From a candidate division CPR3 bacterium GWF2_35_18 (GTDB lineage Bacteria > Patescibacteriota > CPR3 > GWF2-35-18), in contig MESW01000003.1 of the NCBI GenBank assembly GCA_001771135.1, forward strand, positions 72,719 to 136,718: a stretch of 64,000 nt of DNA, in the 5' to 3' direction. Under the pieces are notes generated by a model, which worked only from the letters and a program-made list of their open reading frames with translations, did no database searches and had not been told where the DNA came from. How positions within the stretch are numbered: position 1 is the first letter of the stretch; each line of letters begins with the position of its first letter. Position numbers and translations under genes: made by a program. This document shows positions 30,491 to 39,311 of this stretch, piece by piece.

Positions 30491-30526
30491 AGTTAAAAAC
30501 CTCCAATAATATTATTAATAATTAAA

Positions 30527-31873
30527 TTATTTCCTAATTCCAGGCACGGGAAAATTCCGAGTCATCTTTTTAACCTTTTCTCCCATACCTATTAAAAATT
30601 TATCATTCTTCATTTTCGCCTTAAAATCAGCGATAAACTTTTGGCGATTTTCCTTTTCCTGGGGCAACTTATAATCTTTTATATAGTTAATAATTTCGGT
30701 AATCCATTTGGCAATCTGTTTCATCTCCTTTTCTTTCATTCCACGAGAGGTAAGAGCTGGAGTTCCTAGACGTAAACCAGAAGGATAATAAGGTGAAGCC
30801 GGATCCGCGGGAATGGTATTTTTATTGGCTGTCATATGAGCAATATCCAGAGCAAATTCGAGCTGCGCGCCCAGACCTCCGTACTGTGAAAGATCAAGAA
30901 GAATAAGGTGATTATCCGTACCGTCAGAGATCATCTTAACACCGGCTTTTTTGAATTCTGAGGCCATAGCTTTGGAGTTTTTTACAATCTGAGCGGCATA
31001 TTTTTTGAATTCCGGTTTTGCAGCTTCATTTAGAGCTACAGCAATTCCACCGGTAATATGATTATGTGGTCCACCTTGAGATCCAGGGAAAATTGCTTTA
31101 TCGATTTTTTGGGGAAGATCCTGATCTTTTTTGATTCCCTTTTTGGTCACCATAATCATGCCACCACGTGGACCACGCAAAGTTTTGTGAGTCGTTGTAG
31201 TCACTACATGAACATAGTCAACTGGACTTTTGTGAACTCCACCGACAATAAGACCAGCCACATGAGCGATGTCAGCCGACAGATAAGCCCCAATCGAATC
31301 GGCAATCTCGGCAAACTTTTCGAACTCTATTTCCCGAGGATAAGCGGTAGCACCACACCAGATCAATTTTGGTTTATATTCTTTGGCAATCTTCCAAAGT
31401 TCGTCAAAATCTACTCGGCCGTCAGGTTTTAAATGATAAGGATAGCTTTTGAAAAATTTCGCGGTCGCACTCACTTTCCAACCGTGAGTGAGATGTCCAC
31501 CATCCAAAAGATTCATACCGGAAATTGGGTCACCCGGTTCAAGAAGAGCCAAGTAAACTGCAAAGTTAGCTGGAGAACCAGAGTATGGTTGGACATTAAC
31601 ATGTTCTACTTTAAAAAGCTTTTTTGCCCGATCAATTGCTAGCTGCTCAATATCATCAATATTGGTGTTTCCACCATAATAACGTTTGTGAGGAAAACCT
31701 TCCGAATACTTATTAGTCAGAATTGAACCCATAACCGAAAGAACCGCCTCAGAAACATAATTTTCTGAAGGAATGAGCTCCAAACCCTCCATCTGTCTTT
31801 TCTTTTCATTTTGGATATATTTATATAATTCAGGATCTTGTTTTTGTAGAATTTTTGATTGTAAAATATTCAT
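30527..31873 (-). CDS. glyA: Serine hydroxymethyltransferase
   Basis: LIPSENY, NKYSEG, GGHLTHG, TTTTHKTLRGPRGG. Confidence 0.97.
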   Translation of the reverse strand: MNILQSKILQKQDPELYKYIQNEKKRQMEGLELIPSENYVSEAVLSVMGSILTNKYSEGFPHKRYYGGNTNIDDIEQLAIDRAKKLFKVEHVNVQPYSGSPANFAVYLALLEPGDPISGMNLLDGGHLTHGWKVSATAKFFKSYPYHLKPDGRVDFDELWKIAKEYKPKLIWCGATAYPREIEFEKFAEIADSIGAYLSADIAHVAGLIVGGVHKSPVDYVHVVTTTTHKTLRGPRGGMIMVTKKGIKKDQDLPQKIDKAIFPGSQGGPHNHITGGIAVALNEAAKPEFKKYAAQIVKNSKAMASEFKKAGVKMISDGTDNHLILLDLSQYGGLGAQLEFALDIAHMTANKNTIPADPASPYYPSGLRLGTPALTSRGMKEKEMKQIAKWITEIINYIKDYKLPQEKENRQKFIADFKAKMKNDKFLIGMGEKVKKMTRNFPVPGIRK

Positions 31874-31925
31874 TAAATAACTCCTTTAAAAAATCTAAAA
31901 CCTTATTCGACTTATATTAACTTTA

Positions 31926-32501
31926 CTACACCATTTTGATAATCCCTCTTTCGCTAATAATATAATCTAAACGTTCATCATGCTCTTCATAAGGAATTTT
32001 TGGGAGTATTTGGAAATAATACCCCAATCCGATTTTCATTGCACGGGTTTTTTGTAATAACTTGTCATAATAACCTCCACCATGTCCCAAGCGAACACAA
32101 TTTTTATCAAAAGCCACCCCAGGGACAATAAAAAGATCGATCTTTTCAATATCAACTTCAAGCATCCCTTTTTTTGGCTCTTCAATTCCGTATTTTCCGA
32201 TCTCCAAATCAATCCATTTATTAATTTTGTATAACTTCAAACTCCCTTTATGAATTTTTGGAACGACAATTTCTCTCTCGTTCAAAAATAACTCTTTGAT
32301 AATTATCTCTTTGGTATCAACCTCTTCTTTAGTGGAAATATAGAAGCAGATCATTTTTGATTTTTGGAAAAGATCTAAACTATACAGATGTTTCTGAATT
32401 CGTTCATGCGCTCTCTGCTTTTTGAAGCTGTTAAATCTCACTCGTTTCATCTGAATGTCTTTACGTAAATTTTCCTTTTCTTGTTGAATTTTGTTAATCA
32501 T
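31926..32501 (-). CDS. 5-formyltetrahydrofolate cyclo-ligase
   Basis: VPGVAFD, RLGHGGGYYDK, HDERLD. Confidence 0.92.
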   Translation of the reverse strand: MINKIQQEKENLRKDIQMKRVRFNSFKKQRAHERIQKHLYSLDLFQKSKMICFYISTKEEVDTKEIIIKELFLNEREIVVPKIHKGSLKLYKINKWIDLEIGKYGIEEPKKGMLEVDIEKIDLFIVPGVAFDKNCVRLGHGGGYYDKLLQKTRAMKIGLGYYFQILPKIPYEEHDERLDYIISERGIIKMV

Positions 32502-33748
32502 CTAATATCCCATTTTAAACCTAAAACTTCCCGAATTTCTCCCACTAGATATAACGAACCGGTCACTAGAATGTGATTATCAATAATTCTCTGCATCGCG
32601 TGAAAAGTGTCCATGGCGTTTTTGGTGGTGGTTACTTTTATATTGGAATCAATTTTATTAATATATGAAATTATCTCTTTACTTTTCCGAGCTAATTTTA
32701 CTCCAGTATCAGTCACCTTTTCAAACTCAGTGACGATAAACTCTGAAGCAATCGGTAATAACAAATCGAGTATCTTACGATAATCTTTATCTTTTTTGAT
32801 TGAAATAACAATAGGAAATTTTTGATTTGGAAAAATCTTTTTTAATGAACTCACCAGGGCTTTCATTTTCATAGGGTTATGGGCTCCGTCAATTATAAAA
32901 GTCTTGTCGCGAATATTCACGCTCTCCAGTCTTCCGGGAAAATGGAGTTTTAATAAAGCTTTTCTTATCGTATCATCTGAGACATTAAAACTAGATAAAC
33001 TCTTTATGGCAGTGATTGCCAAAACGGTATTTGTAATCTGAAAATCACCCTGCAAGCTCAGTTTCAGGTTTTTAATCTGAGTATTTTTGAAAAAGTAATC
33101 AAAGGAATTTTGATGTTTTTTGACTTTGAAATCTTTTCCTAATACAAGAAGATCAGCGTTTAATTCTTTCGCTTTATCCATGATAACTCTTTTAATATTT
33201 TTTTGTGTTACGCCGGTTACAGCAATTTTAGATGGTTTAATGATTCCGGCTTTTTCGGTCGCGATCTTTACCAGCGAATTGCCTAGCCAATCCATATGAT
33301 CCCATCCGATATTAGTGACAATCGACACCTCGGGTTTTATGACATTCGTAGCGTCCAGATTTCCACCCAAGCCTACTTCGATCACGGCAATATCCACCTT
33401 ATTTTCATAGAAATACATGAAGCTTAAAGCGATCAGGATTTCAAAATAGGAAGGATAACCCCATTTGCCCTCGATTTTTACTCTTTCAATTACTGGTTTT
33501 AAACGATTAACATAATAAATAAACTGATCATCGGAAATTGGAGTACGATTAAGCAGAATTCGCTCGGTAATCTTTTGCAAGTGCGGGGAGATCGTTAACC
33601 CTACCTTATAACCAACCGCTTCTAGAATACTAGCGGTAATAAATGAGGTCGAACCCTTTCCGGCTGTTCCACCGACATGAATATATTTAAGTTTTTGATG
33701 CGGATTATTGAGTAGAGATAAGAAAAAGCTGATACGTTCAAGACGCAA
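32498..33748 (-). CDS. folC: Folylpolyglutamate/dihydrofolate synthase; start uncertain (see finding)
   Basis: IHVGGTAGKGS, SPHL, EVGLGGNLDATN, DH, EKAGIIK, FPGRLE, DGAHNP, TGSLYLVGE. Confidence 0.92.
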   Translation of the reverse strand: MRLERISFFLSLLNNPHQKLKYIHVGGTAGKGSTSFITASILEAVGYKVGLTISPHLQKITERILLNRTPISDDQFIYYVNRLKPVIERVKIEGKWGYPSYFEILIALSFMYFYENKVDIAVIEVGLGGNLDATNVIKPEVSIVTNIGWDHMDWLGNSLVKIATEKAGIIKPSKIAVTGVTQKNIKRVIMDKAKELNADLLVLGKDFKVKKHQNSFDYFFKNTQIKNLKLSLQGDFQITNTVLAITAIKSLSSFNVSDDTIRKALLKLHFPGRLESVNIRDKTFIIDGAHNPMKMKALVSSLKKIFPNQKFPIVISIKKDKDYRKILDLLLPIASEFIVTEFEKVTDTGVKLARKSKEIISYINKIDSNIKVTTTKNAMDTFHAMQRIIDNHILVTGSLYLVGEIREVLGLKWDIR

Positions 33749-33913
33749 ATACTGATAGTTTTCACGCGGAAAGATAAAGGATTGAATATATTTTTCGACT
33801 TGTTGAAAGTTGTTGAACGGTCATTCTCCAAAATTATTATCAATTAAATTATTCTACTCTTTAATTTAATATTTGTAAATGACTCTAAAAAATATAATTA
33901 CAAAACTTATTTA

Positions 33914-34096
33914 TTACCATCCTGCTGGTTTTTCTGGTTCCATCAGTCTATTTGCTTCGGCTTCACCATTTACTTCCTCACCTCGAACTTTATCACCTCC
34001 AGCTTTTGTTGAAGCTGGTAATATAACTGGTATCAAAGCAATAACGACTACAACAGTAATCAGAAAAGATAGTATAATTTTCGTTTTTGTTTTCAT
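33914..34096 (-). CDS. Small secreted or membrane-anchored peptide (60 aa)
   Basis: AAGGAGA RBS; signal-like MKTKTK plus hydrophobic stretch and ASTKA, then GGDKVRGEE. Confidence 0.6.
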   Translation of the reverse strand: MKTKTKIILSFLITVVVVIALIPVILPASTKAGGDKVRGEEVNGEAEANRLMEPEKPAGW

Positions 34097-34170
34097 CTTT
34101 ATCTCCTTTAAAAAATTAAATTCTATATATTAAAACTAAATATTAAATCAATTATTACAGTAATTTAGAA

Positions 34171-35463
34171 TTATTTTTTGATCACCAGTAGTTTATCGAT
34201 TCGATTTCCATCCATATCCACAATTTCTAGAGAAACACTTTCATCTTCATAACGATTACCGGTCTTTGGAATTTCATTCTGTTTATTCATGATTTTATTG
34301 AAAACATACCCGCCGATAGTGTTAAAATCCCCTGAGTATTCACCAGGAATGTGTTTGATGTGCAGCTGTTCTTTGAATTCATCGATAGATAAAAGCCCGT
34401 CCACAAGGAAAGAACCGTCTTTCCTTCGCACTACCTCTTGTTCCTCAAGCTCATCAATTGAAGGAACAGATCCGACAATGGCTTCAAGAATATCAGTTAA
34501 AGAAATTAGCCCTTCTACACTGCCAAATTCATCCAGGACCAGCGCGGTATGAATTCCGGATTTTTTATAGAGATCAATCACATCCAAAGCCTTCATATTT
34601 TCCGATACCAATAAAGGCTCATGCAAAATTTTTTCTAGTTCAATCTTTTCATTCACTAAATAACCAGTCAAAACGTCCTCGGCGCGAATGACTCCTTTAA
34701 CTTTATCAATCGAGCCACGACAAACCGGGTAATAGGCTAAAGGGTTCTTGATAATTTTGTCACGGATTATTTTTTCCGAATTATTTATATCAATCCAGAT
34801 AATTTCGCTACGCGGAGTCATCAAACCTTTAACTTTTTTATCACCTACTTTGAAAGTCCTCTCCACAATATCTTTTTCGGTGGGATTGAAAACGCCTGTT
34901 TTGGTGCCTTCGGAAATGAGGATCTTTATTTCATCTTCACTGATAAGCTGATTCTGATCTTTTTTGAGCTGAAATATCTGCAGAATAAGATCAGTGGACG
35001 AACTTAAAAAAGTCGCAATTGGAGAAAAAATTCTAATGATAAAATGCAGCGGAAGAGCCACAAAACGAGCAATTTGATCCGGAAAGTTGAGGGCTAATCT
35101 TTTAGGAACTAGTTCTCCCAAAACAATCGTAAAATAGGTAATGATAATCACTACAATCCATAAGGCGATAGTGCTACTGTATGGAGTTAAAAATGAAATT
35201 CGTGCTAACGATACCGCTAGGGAATCGGTGATTTCCGCACCTCCCAATACTCCGGTCAGAATTCCGATTAAAGTGATGCTGATCTGGATTGAGGAGAGAA
35301 ATTGGTTAGGAGATTTGGCCATATCTAGAACCAGCTGCGCGCTACGATCACCATCTTTGGCTCGATGCTGTAGTTTGGTGCGTCTAGCAGAAATGATCGC
35401 AATCTCTGCCATTGAAAACATGCCATTTAAAAGAATCAGGATAAAAAGTATAAAAATATTCAT
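34171..35463 (-). CDS. HlyC/CorC (CNNM) family CBS-domain transporter
   Basis: LNGMFSMAEIA, GELVPK, MTPR, DEFGSVEGL, EAIVG, DMDGNRIDK. Confidence 0.92.
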   Translation of the reverse strand: MNIFILFILILLNGMFSMAEIAIISARRTKLQHRAKDGDRSAQLVLDMAKSPNQFLSSIQISITLIGILTGVLGGAEITDSLAVSLARISFLTPYSSTIALWIVVIIITYFTIVLGELVPKRLALNFPDQIARFVALPLHFIIRIFSPIATFLSSSTDLILQIFQLKKDQNQLISEDEIKILISEGTKTGVFNPTEKDIVERTFKVGDKKVKGLMTPRSEIIWIDINNSEKIIRDKIIKNPLAYYPVCRGSIDKVKGVIRAEDVLTGYLVNEKIELEKILHEPLLVSENMKALDVIDLYKKSGIHTALVLDEFGSVEGLISLTDILEAIVGSVPSIDELEEQEVVRRKDGSFLVDGLLSIDEFKEQLHIKHIPGEYSGDFNTIGGYVFNKIMNKQNEIPKTGNRYEDESVSLEIVDMDGNRIDKLLVIKK

Positions 35464-35538
35464 TATGTTTGATTATATACTCAACCTCCTTAAGTTTGCA
35501 AAAATGTTGTTAAGTATACACAAGATGATTTCAAAAGT

Positions 35539-35567
35539 AAAAAAGCCGAGGCAACTGCCTACGGCTA
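35539..35567 (-). terminator. Terminator after tRNA-Glu
   Basis: Minus strand AGCCG-T-AGGCA-GT-TGCCT-CGGCT followed by a T run. Confidence 0.65.
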
Positions 35568-35581
35568 TTTTAAAAAACATT

Positions 35582-35658
35582 TGGTGACCCCGGAGGGATT
35601 CGAACCCTCGATTTTTGGGATGAAAACCCAGTGTCCTAGGCCGCTAGACGACGGGGCC
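35582..35658 (-). tRNA. tRNA-Glu(TTC)
   Basis: GGCCCCGTCGTCTAGCGGCCTAGGAC...TTTTCAT...GGTTCGAATCC...GGGGTCACCA; cloverleaf with encoded CCA. Confidence 0.95.
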
Positions 35659-35730
35659 ACAAACTATTAACTAAGGACAAACGGAATTATACACGGAAAT
35701 AACTCTTATTTGCAAGACCATGTATCATTT

Positions 35731-35763
35731 TTAAACTAGCGCTTCTTTGAAAACTTCATCGAC
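35731..35763 (-). pseudogene. Orphan second copy of the last 11 codons of lon
   Basis: Encodes VDEVFKEALV* versus lon [10 protein letters not shown] (36219-36251); 27/33 nt identical. Confidence 0.85.
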
Positions 35764-36210
35764 TTATTTAATCTTATATAGAACAACTCGTGGTTGATTG
35801 GGGCCATAATGATCCTTGCTAAACCCAGAAACAACAAATCCCAAGTTTTTGTACATCTTCAAAGCAATCGTATTCTTCGGATGTGTGACGATTTTGATTT
35901 TCTTTTTGTCCTTTAAGCTATCCAACATCATCTTCACTCCTGTAGTTCCATAACCATGTTTTTGATATTCGGGTAAGATTGCAATTCCGACTATTTCCGA
36001 TTCTTCATTATCAATATCTACCCACGAGTAAAATCCGATAATCGTTTTATTGAGATAAATAAACCCGGTATCTCCTGATTGTGTAAGACAAGTTTCGAAC
36101 TCTTTTTCCGTGAAGCTATTGTCAAAATCACGATTAAAACATTTCTTGTCTAATTCAACCAGTTTTGAAATGTCTTTTCTAGTGGCTCTTTTATAAGTTA
36201 ACTTGTCCAT
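35764..36210 (-). CDS. GNAT-family N-acetyltransferase
   Basis: IAILPEYQKHGYG, NTIALKMYKNLGF. Confidence 0.88.
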   Translation of the reverse strand: MDKLTYKRATRKDISKLVELDKKCFNRDFDNSFTEKEFETCLTQSGDTGFIYLNKTIIGFYSWVDIDNEESEIVGIAILPEYQKHGYGTTGVKMMLDSLKDKKKIKIVTHPKNTIALKMYKNLGFVVSGFSKDHYGPNQPRVVLYKIK

Positions 36211-36218
36211 TATTAGTT

Positions 36219-38549
36219 TTACACTAACGCTTCCTTGAGAACCTCATCAACCCGCTTCACAAAAACGAATTTGAGCTGTTTGCGGACTTCGGCTGGAACG
36301 TCTTTCTCCAGGTCTTTCTGATTATCCGCCGGCATAATGATTTTCTTTAAACCCGCACGATGAGCAGCCAGAACTTTTTCTTTCACTCCGCCGATTTCGA
36401 GCACCTTCCCACGTAGCGTAATTTCTCCAGTCATGCCGATATCTTTACGAACTTTTTTCCCGGTATATAGAGAAACGAGACTGGTTGTCATCGTTACCCC
36501 GGCTGAAGGACCGTCTTTGGGAATCGCGCCCTCCGGAACATGAATATGGAGATCATTAACTTTGAAGAGTTTAGGATCGATCTTTAGCTCTTTACTCTTT
36601 GATTTGACGTAAGAAAGAGCGGCTTGTGCGGATTCTTTCATCACATCACCCAGCTGTCCGGTAATAATAAGCCCACCTTTTCCCGGATAATAGGTCGATT
36701 CGATCGCCAGGATATCTCCACCGGCTTCAGTCCAGGCAAGTCCGGTAGCGACACCGGTTTCATCTGCTTCTTCTTTGAGCCAGGCGGAAAACTTCCGTGG
36801 ACCCAAGATCTCTTCGATTTGTTTTTCATTAACCGTAGGGCTAATTTTTTTGTTTTCTGCAATCTTCCGCGCCAATTTTCTAAGAATTGAAGATAGTTCT
36901 CTCTCAAAGTTACGCACCCCAGCTTCGCGGGTATAATTACGAATGATTCTACGTAGAGCTTTTTCCTCAATCTTGATCTTGCGTTTATTGAGTCCATGCG
37001 ACTTTAATAGTCGAGGTAAAAGATATTTTTTGGCAATATGATACTTTTCTTCCTCTGTGTAACCCGAATAACGAATCACTTCCATTCGGTCTCGCAGAGC
37101 TGGAGGAATCGTATCTAGGATATTTGCCGTTGTTATAAACATCACGTCTGAGAGATCAAATGGCACTTCTAGATAATGATCAGAAAAAGCATGATTCTGT
37201 TCAGGATCAAGAGCTTCCAGTAATGCGGAAGAGGGATCGCCACGATAATCATTACCAACCTTGTCGATTTCATCAAGCATAAAGACCGGATTGCTGCTTT
37301 TGACCTGTTGAATGCTTTGAATAATTCTTCCTGGCAAAGCGCCGACATATGTCCTTCTGTGACCGCGGATTTCAGCCTCATCTTTGATTCCACCCAAAGA
37401 CATCTTCACAAATTTGCGATTAAGGGCTTTGGCAATTGATTTTCCGATTGAAGTTTTCCCAGTACCCGGAGGACCGACAAAACAAAGAATCGAACCGCGC
37501 ATTTTTCCCACCAGTTTATTTACAGCTAAATATTCTAGAATTCTTTCTTTCACCCTTTCTAATCCATAATGATCTTCATCCAGAATCGCTTCAGCTTTTT
37601 TCAAATCAATCTGATCTTTGGTCTTTTTGCTCCAAGGCAGATCAACAATAGTTTCCAAATAAGCGCGTAAATAGGAAGACTCTGGATTCATTGAAGACAT
37701 CTTTTCAAAACGATTTAGGTCTTTGACAACCTTTTCCTTGGCTTCTTCAGGCATTTTCAAAGCACTGATTTTTTTGCGCAGAGTTTCAACCTCGTTTTCA
37801 TCTTCCTCGTCTCCCAGCTCTTTTTGAATGGTTTTCATCTGTTCGCGCAAAATCACCTCTTTTTGCATCTTGGAAAGCTCTTGATGCGCTTTACTTTCTA
37901 GTTTCTTGCCCAAACGCAACACTGAAAGCTCTTTACCCAAAATGTCGTTAATGATATCTAGCTTCACTTTGGTTTCGACCTGTTCCAAGATTTTCTGTTT
38001 ATCAATGAGCTTGAGATCAAGGCTTCCCGCAATTAGATCCGCCAAAGAATGAGTATCGTCAACAGAAAGGATATTAATCAAAGCTTCCATGGGCACGGAT
38101 TTTCCTAAAGTAACGGCTTTTTTGAACTGCGAAAGTACCGCGGCTTTGAGCGCTTCAATTTCCTGCGAATACTGGATTACTTCTTCAACATTTTCAACTT
38201 CAACTTTATAAAATGGTTTAGTTTGGGTGAATTTGTGAATTTTGACACGTTTAAGACCTTCGACAAGAATTCGGGTTTCTTTAGTTTCATTGAAAACCTG
38301 TCGGACGACGGCTAGAGTTCCCACCTGGTAAATCTGTTTATTGGTCGGATTTTCGACACTGGCATCCTGTTGAGCGGAAAAGACAATATATCCACCATGC
38401 TTTTGGGCTTCAGTCAAAGCGTTCACGGAGTAATTCCTTCCCAAAGTTAAGGGAAAAAGCACTTTCGGAAAGATAATCACATTCCGTAAAGGTATCAACG
38501 GATATTCGTTAAAATTTTTCTTTTTGAGGGAAGATAATATATCAGTCAT
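36219..38549 (-). CDS. lon: ATP-dependent protease La
   Basis: LON N domain, [23 protein letters not shown] (catalytic Ser), GGVKEK. Confidence 0.97.
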   Translation of the reverse strand: MTDILSSLKKKNFNEYPLIPLRNVIIFPKVLFPLTLGRNYSVNALTEAQKHGGYIVFSAQQDASVENPTNKQIYQVGTLAVVRQVFNETKETRILVEGLKRVKIHKFTQTKPFYKVEVENVEEVIQYSQEIEALKAAVLSQFKKAVTLGKSVPMEALINILSVDDTHSLADLIAGSLDLKLIDKQKILEQVETKVKLDIINDILGKELSVLRLGKKLESKAHQELSKMQKEVILREQMKTIQKELGDEEDENEVETLRKKISALKMPEEAKEKVVKDLNRFEKMSSMNPESSYLRAYLETIVDLPWSKKTKDQIDLKKAEAILDEDHYGLERVKERILEYLAVNKLVGKMRGSILCFVGPPGTGKTSIGKSIAKALNRKFVKMSLGGIKDEAEIRGHRRTYVGALPGRIIQSIQQVKSSNPVFMLDEIDKVGNDYRGDPSSALLEALDPEQNHAFSDHYLEVPFDLSDVMFITTANILDTIPPALRDRMEVIRYSGYTEEEKYHIAKKYLLPRLLKSHGLNKRKIKIEEKALRRIIRNYTREAGVRNFERELSSILRKLARKIAENKKISPTVNEKQIEEILGPRKFSAWLKEEADETGVATGLAWTEAGGDILAIESTYYPGKGGLIITGQLGDVMKESAQAALSYVKSKSKELKIDPKLFKVNDLHIHVPEGAIPKDGPSAGVTMTTSLVSLYTGKKVRKDIGMTGEITLRGKVLEIGGVKEKVLAAHRAGLKKIIMPADNQKDLEKDVPAEVRKQLKFVFVKRVDEVLKEALV

Positions 38550-38592
38550 AGTATTTATTATAAATTAAATCTAGGCAAAAAGTAACGGTTTT

Positions 38593-38621
38593 ACTGTATC
38601 AGAGGAAAATAATATTGTCAA
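38593..38621 (-). promoter_or_regulatory. Sigma70-type promoter for lon
   Basis: TTGACA-17 nt-TACAGT with a TGn extension. Confidence 0.55.
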
Positions 38622-38658
38622 TCGTATATTGAGACTGCTAATAGGGAATAATTTAATT

Positions 38659-39303
38659 CTAACCTAGTATATCGGCAAAATTAAGAATAAAATAATCCGG
38701 ATTTAAGGCTTTTAAGTCTTCTTTACTATAAAATCGGTGATTTATTTCTGGATAAAAGATTGCCGTTTTGATATAGGCCGCTTTCCCCGCCTTCACATCG
38801 CTACCGGAATCCCCTATTATAATTGTTTCCGAGTTTGTAGCTCCCAAACGACTCATCGCTTTTTCAACTACCTCAGGATGTGGTTTATAATTTACGACAT
38901 CTTCGGCGGATAAAACTATAGGGAAAAACTTTTCCAAGCCGAGTTTTTTCAAAGGATCTACAACCTGAATCCGCATCGAAGAAGAAACAATAGCCATTTT
39001 CTTTCCGGATTCAAATAGTTTGTTTAAAACCGGCTTCACACCTTCATGCAGCTTCACTTCTAGACGCCTATCGATTACTCTTTTTGATATCTTATTGATA
39101 AAACCGATATTATCTTTTACTCCCAGGTTAAGCGGACCCTTTTCCCAATTTCCCCAAGATTTACTCATCACATCAGCTTCAGTCACTGTGACTCCATACT
39201 CGTGATAAAAATGAAGATAAGCTTCCATCCAGATAGAAAGAGTGTCTGCCAGGCATCCATCCCAATCAAAAAGGACATATTGATATTTATGCTGTATTTT
39301 CAT
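38659..39303 (-). CDS. HAD-superfamily hydrolase
   Basis: FDWDGCLAD, VSS, KPHPE, IGDSGSD. Confidence 0.9.
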   Translation of the reverse strand: MKIQHKYQYVLFDWDGCLADTLSIWMEAYLHFYHEYGVTVTEADVMSKSWGNWEKGPLNLGVKDNIGFINKISKRVIDRRLEVKLHEGVKPVLNKLFESGKKMAIVSSSMRIQVVDPLKKLGLEKFFPIVLSAEDVVNYKPHPEVVEKAMSRLGATNSETIIIGDSGSDVKAGKAAYIKTAIFYPEINHRFYSKEDLKALNPDYFILNFADILG

Positions 39304-39311
39304 GGGAAGAA

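Noticed and set aside
24965-33913. SAM, FMN or THF riboswitches upstream of mat, the riboflavin kinase and folC
   Set aside because: These intergenic regions are short and AT-rich, with no aptamer consensus
35582-36210. GNAT gene as a tRNA-Glu-integrated island
   Set aside because: The gene lies on the 5' side of the tRNA and no tRNA-Glu fragment is duplicated; the duplicated piece belongs to lon
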